Positions 13,600-26,000 of a stretch of 64,000 nucleotides of DNA are shown in pieces. Source of the stretch: Takakia lepidozioides. Its lineage: Eukaryota > Plantae > Bryophyta. The translations under genes and the position numbers were made by a program. Where the stretch lies: contig CM060731.1 in NCBI GenBank assembly GCA_030704615.1, forward strand, positions 21,328,001 to 21,392,000, read 5' to 3'. Within the stretch, counting starts at the first letter, position 1; every line of letters begins with the position of its first letter. The notes beneath the pieces were generated by a model, which worked only from the letters and a program-made list of their open reading frames with translations, did not search any database and had not been told where the DNA came from.

Positions 13600-14515
13600 A
13601 TGAGCACCCGCGAAGTGGCAAGTGGAAAGGAGAGAAAAGAAGACAAGGCACTGGGAAAGGAGATATCGAGGAAGATGTGGGAAACAAAGGAGAGCATTTA
13701 CAATCTCATCCCGCCCCCTGTTGTAATCAAACCCAAGACACCCCCGCCGACAGCAAAAGAGATTGTGCGTGGTCCTACCTCTCTCTCACACCAGAAACCA
13801 CTCAAGGGTTGATTGTCAAAACTTGGAGGGATTGCCAGGAGGTCCATTGTGCGAAGGGCTCACCAAATCCACATATGTTAGGAGTCTCTGATCCTTGCAG
13901 GGCTGTCCAGAAATGTTTCACAGCCTTAGTTCACGCAGTGATTTAGTTTCTGTATGAGCTCTCACTGAAAATGTTAGTTCGTTTCTTTTCTTCTTTTGTT
14001 TCTCTAGTTCTATGTCCCGTCTCTGTGCCTCCCGTGGATGTACAAACTTTCTATTATAATCTATTTGTTTGTTTGTTTGTTTGGTTCGAGGATGACGCAC
14101 CCATTTGTGGTGCCTTGCTTGTTTGTTAAGCATTCTTGTCCCATAAGCTCTTTCGGCTTTCCGGGGACGTTGTAAAGGTGTTCTCTTTCTTACGTTCTTT
14201 GCTCTCTCTTCTAAGGGCATTACAGAAGAGGTTCAGGTGCGGGCTCCCACAGTCTGCGGATAGAGACTGGTAGGTGGGAAAATCTGCAACGTGACCGACT
14301 ATGCCCCGTTTGCGCAGGGAACTCCAGGGAATCGAAAGTGAAGAACACTTCTTCTTTCTCTGCCCTTTATAGTATGAGTTCCGTGGGAAATTCAACTGTC
14401 TTATCCGGGATACCCAATCTCCTCCATTACGAGCATCACAAATGCTTTTGCAGCTTAGACCCTGTTGACTCTTAGACAATCCCTTGAGCATCAGTTGCTT
14501 TTGGGATGTTTGTGG

Positions 14516-14552
<37 letters not shown>

Positions 14553-17500
14553 TCTTTCTTTCTCTCGTTTGGCAGCCTACCTGCACGAGGCATTCACCCT
14601 TAGACAATCACTTGAACACTAGTTCTTATCTCTCTGGCTTCCTGTTTTCTCTCATGTTTTCTTTCCATTTTGTCCCATAAGCTCTATGAGCTTTCCGCGG
14701 ACGTTATAAAGCACCATTCCATTCCCTTGAAAGAAGCACCATTTCATTTTATTTCATTTCCCTTGAGCAGTAGTTGCTTCTGGGCTGCTTTTGGCTGTGG
14801 TTTTGTCTCTTCTTTCTTGCTTTTCCCATTTTGTCCCATAAGCTCTTTGAGCTTCCCGTGGTCGTTCTAAGGTTCCTTTCCCTCCCTTCCTCTCCTCTTT
14901 ACGTTTGTTCTTTCCCTCTCTATGCTAGGCTTGTGTTTCCATGGGAAGTTGTGGTCCAGCACTAAGGCCATGTAGACAAGTGGCGGGGGAGCCATCTGCA
15001 GAGGGAGCGCAAGGTCCGGCACGTCGTGACCCACATGAAGACCTTGATGCACGAGAAGGCTGCGGCCACTTTCGGCCACCTTCCCGGCTCCACAAAGCCT
15101 CTCACCAGCGAGTTTTTACTTAAGCACTCCAAGGAACCTCGACTCGTTTGCGGTACAACCTTCGTACTAATGGTTGGCATTGTCAATCTTCCTTCTACAA
15201 AATTGCACATAAAATCAACCCTTTGTAGATTCTACCTCTGATGCCACCGTTTGATTCACACAGAAGATGAAGACTGAGATTGTTGAAGTAGTTGACATCA
15301 CAATGATGCTTGCAATTACTGCATCATATGCAGGCGTTGACAGGTGCTCGACCAAAGCCAAGTCCAAGCCTCCCATTCCATCAAAACCACCGGTGCGATA
15401 TGCCTCCCCGACCATACATTTCATGGGGGACACTTTCATGCGCACCTTCTCAGTAACAATTCTCCCCACTGTCTATTCCTGGGCTAATACTTGCAAGAAT
15501 TTCCGGACACAGACCTGCTGCAACTTGTTGGAATGGCCCTTGGAAGGTTCAATGCACCATCTTAAATTGTCAGTTTACAAATACTCTATGTGGTAAGCCA
15601 TGGAAGAGGCTCAGACTAAGATAACCCCAGATAGATCATAGGAGCATGTCTACAGCTCAATGCTGCTCCGTGCCTTGCAGAATATGTTTGGGATAATTTC
15701 TGGCATTTGGGGCATTCTTCATCATCGTCTCATAATTTTCATAGGGTATCACTGATCTGGTGGCAGATTATTCAGGGTGAAAATTGTGGGGTTTGAATCT
15801 CTCAACCATGTCATTTCCATGGTTGCAGAAGTATGGACTTCAGAGCGGGAATGACTGGATAAAAATGAATGCTGTCAAAGTGATCAAAGCTGGTACCTCT
15901 GCTTTCCCTCCCTCCCTCGAGATTTTTTCTCCCAACTCCTTTAGCTTTCCTTGGTTCCTTCCTTTATTTTCTTTACCTATGTGTGGCTCTCCTCCTTACC
16001 GAACCATTGGACATTGAATAGTTGTTGCTTTTGGGCTGCCTATTGAGAGCCCTACTTCTTTCTTTTGTCCCTGCCTAGGCACTATACCAGGGCAGACATG
16101 GCTTGCCTATGCCGCTGAATCTAGCATTGATAGAGCAGGTGGAAACATGTCGGTCCACCGCAGAGCACCTCACAACTCACCTCAACACTCTTGAGGCATC
16201 CCAAAATAATCTACAGCAGACTTAAGGATTTGCAAACACACACTTCCTCTCGTGACACCCAAATCACCACTGTGAAGGCAACCATCACTTCTTTACAGGA
16301 AAGAAATGTAGCGCACAGAGAGAAGGTATCAACCTCGAACCAGCTTTTCTAACCCGCAAGTCTGTTGGAGGAATGACAATTCTTCAAAGCCCTCAACATC
16401 TGGGTCACTGGAAAATTGGGGACTATGACTGAGGAGATCCTTTAGAGGCAGCTACCTGTTCATTCAGTAGAACCTTGCTCTCCCTTGGGGGGCAGCTGGG
16501 ATTGACGGAGTTTGGCAAGCACTAGGGTGCCGTGTCTTGTTCACAAATTTCAAAGACAAGACATCAACAGATAGAGTCTTCAAACAACACTCGCAACTGT
16601 GAGACCAATTGATTTACATCATTGATGATTTCGTCTCCCGGCAATATAACAACATGAGATCACAATTCAGCCAAGTCTGTGAGGCTAGGGCACAGGGGAA
16701 ATGAGCTACTATTGAGACAGAAGGTCATTGAACGTGATCGCCATCCTCCAACAGGACACTAGGGATTGAGATACTATGAGCCAACTTCACGATCACATCT
16801 ACCAATGGGCTCATGGAATGACTTCCGCTCTGGAGTCACACAAGGTCACTGTTCATTTTTTTGTTCTGGATGTATATGCATATGATGGTTTTGTATGCCG
16901 AATTTGCTTTGCTTACCCCAGCTTGAGGCAAGATTTGGACTCACTATACCCTTGACAAGGTTTAGATCTCTCCCCCAAAGTATTTAACAGATGGGACCCT
17001 CTCTACATCTATAAGACTCACAGTGGCTGGCTTAAAGACATGCTGCTATGCTCATATCTCCATGCTCTTTGAATGCCACAGCCTCTCTCTCGAATTCCTG
17101 CTGCCACAAAACCAGGGACATTACTGAGGACCAGAAATGCCTGGCAGCATTCCTACATGAGGCTCTCTACCTTAGAGAATCTCTTGATGTTGAACGTTGA
17201 ACGCAATTTTTTGAGCTGCTTGCTGAGTGCCCCACTTCTTTCTGCTATCATATCTTTCTTTTCCCCTCATAAGCTCTTTGACTTTTCGTGGACATTATAA
17301 AGTTCCTCTTCTTTCTTTTCCTATCCTTTCCTCTCTTATTTAAATCTTTCCGCTCAAACTATTGTGGGGTCAATGGCCACAAGGCTACTGCAAACAACGT
17401 CTTATGAGTACATTCTTTATGAAGTCTTCCCTTTTCTTTAGTCCAACATCTGAATATCATAGGCAGGTTCATCAGTTAGAATTAAGCTTATTGAAACATA

Positions 17501-18818
17501 CAGGACTACAGTCTAATGGTCCAAGGCTATGGTAATGGTCACAAGGCCATCTTGATAAAAGAAAGCATCATATTCACTAGGACATTGTCTCTTCTAACCA
17601 GAAGTACAAGTGAGTGTCGCCTCATGTTGCAATTGTGGGGGATTGGTGGGCTCTTGGTGCTCTAGTTCCTGATAAACCGAAGGCGGCCAGTTATTATGTT
17701 GATAAACCCAACTATGGGAAAATACCAATATATCTGGCAAAGAGAATGCAGAAGGCAGCCGATAAAGCTTTTCGGGAGAGTCCTGAGGAGCAGGCCAAAA
17801 AATGCAAGCATCCTGGCACACGCAAGTATGTAGCCTTTCCATTGACTTGGGCAGGGGAGGAAGGAAATGAAATGAAATGAAATGACATGGTACTGTACTT
17901 TATAGCGTCCGCGGAAAGAGACATCGAATGGAACTCACTTGGATGTTAACTTTGGGACTTTGAAATTTCACAACTTAAGGCATAATGGATGCTGGAACTT
18001 TACTGCTGCAACTTCCCGGAGTTATTTACTGCTTGACTCAACAGGTGATATGTAAGATGTAGATATGATATCAAATCTCAAATGAAGAACCACACGTGGC
18101 CTAATTACAATCTCATGGTGCAGTTTTCTTACACATCACCCGCATGTGTAGGCTAGAAGACCCCGAAAGGCAAGAGCTAATTACAAATTTGAAGCTAAAA
18201 TGGGCACATGTAAATGCCGAGTACCGAAGATTGCCTGTCACATTAGATACCAAGTCAAAGCAGGACCGAAATGAGAGGTTTTCTGTCGCTCCCTCTTTAA
18301 CCAAATGTCACATTGCAGTTTGCTACAATGGAAGTCAATAGCCTTGCAATGGGTAATAATTGTCCAAGAAGCAATTAAAGTCCCATAATCATAGAAAATG
18401 AGCACCTTGTCTCTCTTTAAATTGTTCTCTCTTTGGTAAGAAGAAGGCCCAGTCTCAATCATATATCCAGAGCATTTTCAAGATTCATGTAGACCTGCAT
18501 CTGTCATCCACTTACACCACCCTATGTTGGCCCCGAGATGGGCTATGCGATGTACTGCAAACTTCCTTTACTTTTCCATGGTTTCTCTTGCAAATCAAAT
18601 CCACAAACAATTGTATTTCAGGTCTTCCTAGTTAATTGTTTCGGGGCATCCAACACAGGCTCGCTATAGGCACTCATGTACCGTTGCTGTCATTGTTGTG
18701 TAGGTATGAGAGAACACTTACAGAACTTGAGAAAGATGTTGGAATACTGTCTCGCCGGAATGTCTTAGTTTCCGAGGGTGAGGGGACCTCGATCAAGTCT
18801 GGCACTGGCGACCTTTAG
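13600..18818 (+). CDS. ENKUR: Enkurin (flagellar microtubule inner protein); exons ~13600-13764, 15002-15152, 15334-15392, 15829-15892, 17666-17825, 18152-18277, 18704-18818
   Basis: Enkurin motifs ESIYNLIP, FLLKHSKEP, KPPIP, NYGKIPIYL and ERQELITNLKLKW...EYRRLPVTLDT...ELEKDV. All junctions are GT-AG and in phase; the start codon is uncertain. Confidence 0.82.
14136..14872 (+). repeat. Cluster of three family-A repeat 3' ends (gtcccataagctctttgagctttccgcggacgttataaag + CATTT tail) plus a (TC)n microsatellite
   Basis: Motif at ~14136, ~14666 and ~14826. The upstream segment ttgctt(c/t)tggg..g.tt.tggc is duplicated at ~14495 and ~14774. Confidence 0.7.
17266..17417 (+). repeat. Adjacent family-A (~17266-17305) and family-B (~17367-17417) remnants
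   Basis: ctcataagctctttgacttttcgtggacattataaag, then ggtcaatggccacaaggcta...caacgtcttatgagtacattc. Confidence 0.6.
17863..17920 (-). repeat. Family-A 3' end with (CATTT)n tail
   Basis: (gaaat)n...tactttatagcgtccgcggaaag is the reverse complement of the family-A motif. Confidence 0.65.
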
Positions 18819-19672
18819 TTTCCAGTCTACCGCAGAATGCATGCGTGGAGCCAACCACCCAAGTTGATCAGACACTACAGTTTAAACTTATTTGATCACT
18901 GATGTACTGATGAAAACTTATGTGTCAGTCGAGCTGGTGCACTTCTGAGAAGGGGGCAGGCACACCAGAACCTGCAATCTCTGTCAACTCTCTTCTGCAA
19001 GCAGTGTCACATTAACTAGTGGCAAGCTAGCTAATGACGAAGGCAGGGAAGACCTCCGTCTTTTGTAGCTAGAGTTGACCAGTACTTCAGCCAGCCTGAA
19101 GGAACATTCACAGCATCATGTGTGAAACACTTCCACTCAGTTTCCACTGGTGACCATAACTGCTCAACATCCTGAATATCAATATTTAAGGAACCTTATC
19201 TGTGAATCAGAAGGCTTTAGATCCCACCACAGGATCCGATCATCCTTCTCTCAGCACGGTCGTTCACAATCCACACCTAGCTCCAGCAGTACATCGGCCA
19301 CCAGCATGCTGTCTTCTTCAGTTAGATCTTGCCTGGTATAGTATGCTGTTTATGTACAATCTAAAATTGTAGCCCATTGATGTACATGATCTGATAACCA
19401 TAAACTACCTGAGCACAAGATGGTGCATTGCACACTGGAACAGTGCAAGCTGCCTCTTGAATTCCATTCAGATGTTCCTATCTTTCCATGAACTTGTGTG
19501 AAGCGTCTCTCTCTCCTGCGTAGCTACTGCTACTACTGGTTGTACAGGAAAAGGCATATTGCAAAGGCTCGGGCAACTTTCCACAGTGATTAAGATGGTC
19601 TGACATTTGGATTTTGATATTTGCATACTTTTCCACTAATTCATTGGAGTGAGGTTTAGCCTGCTAGGTTTC

Positions 19673-19784
19673 TCCAAGTATGAATTAGAATGTACTCATA
19701 AGATGTTGTTTTCAGATATTCCTCCAGAAACCGCTTCAAACAAAAACAATCTGCTGTGTGAATTCCAAGCATGAATTAGAATGT
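19673..19784 (-). mobile_element. Internally deleted family-B LINE 3' fragment with a 21-bp target-site duplication
   Basis: tccaag(t/c)atgaattagaatgt at 19673-19693 and 19764-19784 flanks actcataagatgttg...gatattcctccagaaa, which is LINE 3' sequence. Confidence 0.65.
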
Positions 19785-20046
19785 GAGTGTGACATAGAAT
19801 GTCAATTAGTCTCACTCCAAGCCTGCCACCAGAAAGGGGTATTTTAGATCCCTTTCCCAGAGATGCGACCACAGTCTGCAGTATCCGAGTCTAGACTTCA
19901 ACAGGTGGTTCTTTACCACACTCAAAGACTAGAAATGGCATTGACCTACACACGATTTACTAAAAAAATGAAACAACTTCAAAGTCAGATTCAAAAATAA
20001 TTTGCCCTATCAGAGTCTTTCCCATTCTAAAAAACTAAAGGTAGAT

Positions 20047-23000
20047 TTACATGGTTGTGGCAGGTTTCAGAAGAATTGCCTTCAGCTCCTTCTTGTTCAC
20101 CTGTCCAACATCAACCCCCAACATCACTGAGGATATAATCAAACTTCTTATCGTGCACATCGAGTGATAAAATGTAATCATAAGATGTTGTTTGCCGTAG
20201 CATTGTGGCCATTGACCCCGCGCCCAGAATGAGCGGAACACAAAGGGACATAACCTACCTTTGTCAGGGGCTGACGATGGTAGTAAGAACCATTGATCTG
20301 GGTTTCCCTGATATCCTCTAGAAATCCCTTTACAGAAGTGTCAACCTGCTGTGTGTGGTTTGCCCAATAACTAGGCCCTAAAAGGGCCTGAGCTTCTGGC
20401 TCAGCCTCGAGACTTTAAAAGTTGGTAAACAGAGGTACAGGCACAATTCCTTGATAGATTTGAAGAGAGCGTCTCTCTGGTGAGAGAACCCCGGAGAATG
20501 AATCAGGAAATGAATATTGTCTTCAGGTTGCCAGCACAACGGGCAATTGCACTCCCCTTTCCTCTCTGCTTCTGTTTGCTGTTCAAAGGTAGGCTTCCCG
20601 CCCTGAGTTTAAATTTCAGTCTAGTGCCGAGAGTGGGTAGACCCTTGAGGTCATACATGATGGCCTCCCCATGCCACAGAGGAAACAAGTTCAGGGAAGT
20701 TTTCTGCCTAACTTCGTTTTCATCAGACAATTTCCTGGCAACAGACAGAGCTTTGGACATTACAGATTTATCCAGCATGGTCAAGACTTTCGGGCTAAGA
20801 TTCGGATCCTTGAGAATCTCTTCTACAGGACTTGGCCTGTTTGACAGGGCGATCCTGTTTCCAAGATATAGAGTCGATTAACTTTGGATATCTGATGTTG
20901 GACATATGTTGCAGCTGACCCCACCACCTGACCTTGGATTCATCTCGACCGGAGCTTAAGGAAGGGATGCCAAACTCACCCCGAACAGCCACATTGGCTG
21001 TTTTGGAGCATGCTGACATGCACTCCCCAAGCACCCCCACTTGAATGGATTCTAGAGACTTAGCCTGGTTGGAGTTATCAACCCATATTGCAGATGCGTA
21101 CTCCAAGGCAGGTCTAATAACGCGACAAAGCATGGTTTTCTTAACCTCAGAGTTGATCCCTCTGCAGTGGAAAAATTTAGTGAGACCAGCACTTTGCGCT
21201 TGCCAGTTTGAACTTTCTGAAGCATCCCAATTACAGGTGGAGGAAAACTCAACACCGAGGTATGTGTAGGAAGGGAGGACCGGAATCTCTTGGCTTCCCC
21301 ACTGCCACTTGAGATCACCTCCTCCCTCTCCTCGGTACATCGAGTGATAGAGAGACGGGGGGAGAGAGATGATGGAATGCAGAGCTCCACTCCCATGTGG
21401 AACAGCTAGTCGTCTCTATCACCATTCAAAACCGAGAACTTTAGTCTAGCTGCTAATAGAAATGAGTTAAATCGTCAGGGGAGAGAGAGACCTTCCCCAT
21501 GGCATTGCGTGGCAAAGATTCCCAAACTAGTAAGTGCTGCGGAATCTGCACACACATGAACAACAGGAATTAGAACTCCATTATGATGACATCCCAACTT
21601 CCTGCACAGAACTGTACAGGTTAATGTATAATCTCGTGTTTCAATGAGGGGTCGTCTTTACTGACAGTTGTGGTGGAGTATTGGATGAAGGGCTGATATT
21701 AACACCATACCAGAAAGGATGACATTGATTTTTACATATGACATAAATCTCTGGTGAGAAGATTGCGAAGGTCGAGACTATGAACTCTTGACTAGTCCAG
21801 TGAATATTGGCTGTGACAAACCCTTCGGGGCAGAATTGGCAGGGGATATCAACTCTCCTGAGCTAGATATTTTCTGTGTGTGTATATATATACTATACAT
21901 ATATATATGTATAGATGTGGAGAGTGAAAAGGGAGGGGAGAGGGAAATGAGCACCAACCTTGTAGGGAGCTAGTCGTTCTCGTGCCCATTTGTGGAGTGC
22001 TTGCAAAGTAAGGACAGGCTCTGACTTGGCAGCTGCTTGAGCAGCCAGAACTTCATGGGGTACCACCACTGCTGATATTATCTCACCGTAGTCTTTGTCA
22101 GGTAATCCCATGACTGCACACTCAGCTATGGCCGGATGCTACAGAAACCCAACAAACACAACTTCATATTTTAAGAGCAAACTCTAATCTCCACCCTGGC
22201 AATCAAGCCCACATACAACAAACCTTTCAACATGCCAAATCCTTGTCCCTTCATGATGGCCAACAACAAACCCACATATCAAGTTCAGTGCATGCAGGTC
22301 TCACCAAATATAGGCTACATGACCAGACAGCAAAGCCCACCAGGAACCTACAAGAACATGGAGATGGCAGATCACAGAGGATGTCCATGACACATGCTTG
22401 TCAAACTTGTACTGCATACCTGAAGCAAAACACCTTCAATCTCAAGTGCAGAAAGCTTGTAGCCTCCTGACTTGATTATGTCGACACTTGTACCTGCACA
22501 CTGAACAAACCAACTGAGCAAACTCCTTCACAATACCTGTGAATGTTATTCCTAGAGGTGAAAATGCCCACCTGGGAAAGATGTTATGATGACCAGTTTT
22601 GTCCAGATTGTGCAGGTAAGGAGAAGAGAAGACCGAAAATTTGATGTGATGTGGACAATATGGTTGACCTTTTCTGTACTCGCTAAACTGGTAGTGGATT
22701 CCTCCAGAAAATTCACTTTGGTTTAAAGCATCAGGGTAGTTCAATTCCGGGTAGCCCAATATTTCTTGTCATTTCCCTTCAAGGGAGAAATAACCATTTC
22801 ATTGGCACAATGCATGGAGCAGCAAACTGAGCCTCCACTGAGGCTACAATTTGACAGAGTTCTGATGCAGGTAGCTATCAGCTATGCAAATGCACATGAA
22901 CATTGACAGAGATAAGCAGAGAGAGTAATGGAGCGACAGCCCAACTGATGGAGAGAGGATCAGATAGACAGAGCAAACCCACACCTGGTGCAGTGAGACA

Positions 23001-26000
23001 ACAAATGGATGGTTGAGAAAAAGCTTATGGCACTGTTAATCATCACATCAAAATGCTGGGATTGTTGGGGGACTTTACAATGGTTCTAGACAGGAATCAA
23101 TAGTGACAGGATGCTTAATGCTGAAGTAACGTACGTCCAAGAATTTTGATATAACCATCCTCCATTGTAACAGTATCGCCTGTTCTGAAAAACCCATCAT
23201 CTCTGAACGACTTCTTTGTCACCTGCCATACCATCAATCCCATGCCCATTTGATCTCTCCAAAATCCTGTCAATTGCATGGGATGTACAAAAATAGAAGT
23301 TTACTGAGACCATGGAATGAATAGATTTGGAACAAGAGAATCATGGCGGATTCACACCTTCCCTTTAAGCATAGTATGAAATATTCAGAACAAAATTAAT
23401 CTCTTCAACAACGTCCCTTCATATACAGAGATGACGCAAATAGTACTAGTCAGAACCAATGACACACCAAAACATATAGAAGCAATTAAGATGGATCGAG
23501 TCATCCTTTGCAGTGCACAAAGCAAGTCAACAACAATTATACCTCTGGTTGCCGCCAATATTCACAGAACATGGAGGGACTCTTCACACAGAGCTCTCCT
23601 ACACCAGACTCGCCCCCTTCCTCCTCAGCAATCAACACCTACAGATCCACCGAATCCATTTGGTCAACACCACCCCCCACCTGTTGTTCCCTTTACTATT
23701 TACCAAATTTCGTTTTAGAGAAGATTGGTAAGTGAGTAGGCTACGATCGGCAATATACCTCAGTTTGTCCCAAGAAAGGATTGCGCAAATGTAACATTCG
23801 TCCTACTGAACGTCTTACGTGTTTCAGAAAGAAATGATGAGGTGAGTTTCTAGTCAGTCAGAGAGACACCAACCTCTACACCTGGTAGTGGCTTCCCCAC
23901 AACTCCTGGTCTGCGATCTCCGTGAAGAGGGTTGGAGAGCGCCATCACAAACTGCCAAATGACACCAAAATACTATGTTCTGAGCAAAGCAATCATCGTC
24001 ACTTGCCAGAGCAGAATCTACATAACCGCCAATGCGCATCCCAAGAGCTATCTCCTTACTGCAAAACTACAATACATCAAGAAGTGGCTCTTCAAAAATT
24101 CTTCAAAAATTGAGTTGGCTGCAGTCAAGCACAAGAAACCTGCAAGAATCACCTCTTCCCATTGTTCTTGATTCCTTTCAATCATTGGAAGAGGATCCTC
24201 AACCAGTCCAAAGCAACTCAATTTACCTGTCTACAAGAGTATTACACATGAGAAAAACAGATCATACAAGTGGGGCCTGTCCCAACCTCAGTCATGCCAT
24301 ATCTTTCCAGAAGGCGATGGCCGGTCACACTCTCCCACCTCTCCATTACTGGCTGTGGTAGTGCCGAGGACCCACACATCTGCATGGACCATGGCATAAG
24401 TCACAGGAAACTGCATGTGAAAGCATTGCTTTTCATAACACTTTGTAATGCATTCCTCTGTAGGAAAACAAATTGTGCAAATTACAGGATACTTACCATG
24501 AGACGCAGTGGTCGTGATGAATAGGACACAGCATTTTGGGACTCAGCATCCATTGTGTCATATCCTTGCAACAATCTCACATAGACTGTTGGTACCTGTG
24601 CCATTGACAAACCTTAATGTTTTCTCTTATTCAGGCCGTAGAAGATTATGTAGGCCCCTATCTCTCTCTTCTCGGTCTAGTGCGCCTGGGACAGATTTAT
24701 TCTTCTCTCCTTTTCTTTTTTCTAAATTTCTTCTCTTTCTTCTGTTTCAGATCAAAGGGGCAACACACCAGACACTCTTTCCTTTATTTAGTACATGTTG
24801 TTTTGCAAGGGACACCACTGCAGATGGAACTTCATATGTAAAATCCTTCATCACAACCTCTCCCTCTGTCTGAGGGGCCGTATAGACAACTGTTGTATCA
24901 ACTAGTGATTAGATCTGCCAGTCTGAACTAATCAACAGTTATGGGAATGAAACCACATCGTATCAACATTTGAAAGCGAGGGTCGATGAGAATTCCCTTT
25001 GTCTTATGCACCCATTCAGGCCGGGATTTCCAAGTACTTTGTTTGTTCATTTACTACAGTTTTATCCCAGAAACTCTTTGGGCTATTGTTGGATATGATG
25101 AGGTTCGTTTCTTGCATTCTTGGATCTGTGTACTCAAACTACAGGCCCTCAGGAACTCCTTTGGATCCCTCTTCTTCTCTGTCTCATAAGCTCTCCGTGG
25201 AGAATATAAAGTAACTTCTTTCTTTCTTCTCTCATGTAATGCGAACAAATTCTATACATCAGGTAGAGCAGTGCGCATTTAGCTTCCTGAATTGTCCAGA
25301 CTATACTCAAGGTACATACTGCAAGCAAATTAGGGTCAAGTGGGCAACTCACTCCACTGAAGACTGTAATGGGATGCTCAGCTTTCTCTCCTTTGCTAGG
25401 ATATGATTCCAGCCAGCGCTGCCATACTCCACGCACACTGAACTTGGGCATGAACTCCACCTTCAAAAACCCAACTTGGTCTTAGTTTCAAGAAGCCTGA
25501 GAACCTATGCAAACTCTTGGTCAGTCTTCTGGGGCTCAATAGAAGAAGAGAGATCTTACACAGCAGACATCCACCACTACTTGACAAGTTCCTCATTATT
25601 AGCAAGGAGTTCAAACGATCAATTCTTGCCCATCTTATGCAGACTTGCCAAGTTGCTCATATGGAAGATCAAGCTTGCATCTATCCCTTCAATTCAAACT
25701 CAGCAGAGCACAGGTTTCTTGGTCAAGGGGCTTACTGAAGCACCAACATAAAGAGGTGCGAGCAACATGTTGAACATGCCGTGCACATGTGAGCCATCCT
25801 CAGTCAAGGACAATCACACGAAGAGTAAGGAAAAAAGTAAGACAAACGTCAAAGACATTAAGAGCGGAGGTTTTATTTTGCTGTTGTGGAGGATATGGTG
25901 CAAGGGCAGACAATGCAGAAACCGGTCTGATGAAGTGTACTCCCAAGCCTCCGACAGCATGCGAACCTGAATCCGCACATCATGGAACTGAGAATGATTC

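Noticed and set aside
16100-17000. Possible L1 ORF1 relic in an enkurin intron
   Set aside because: Only vague similarity with many stops; cannot be supported without a search.
18907-18948. C/D box snoRNA-like TGATGA...CTGA
   Set aside because: Too short (~40 nt), with no terminal stem or recognisable rRNA guide.
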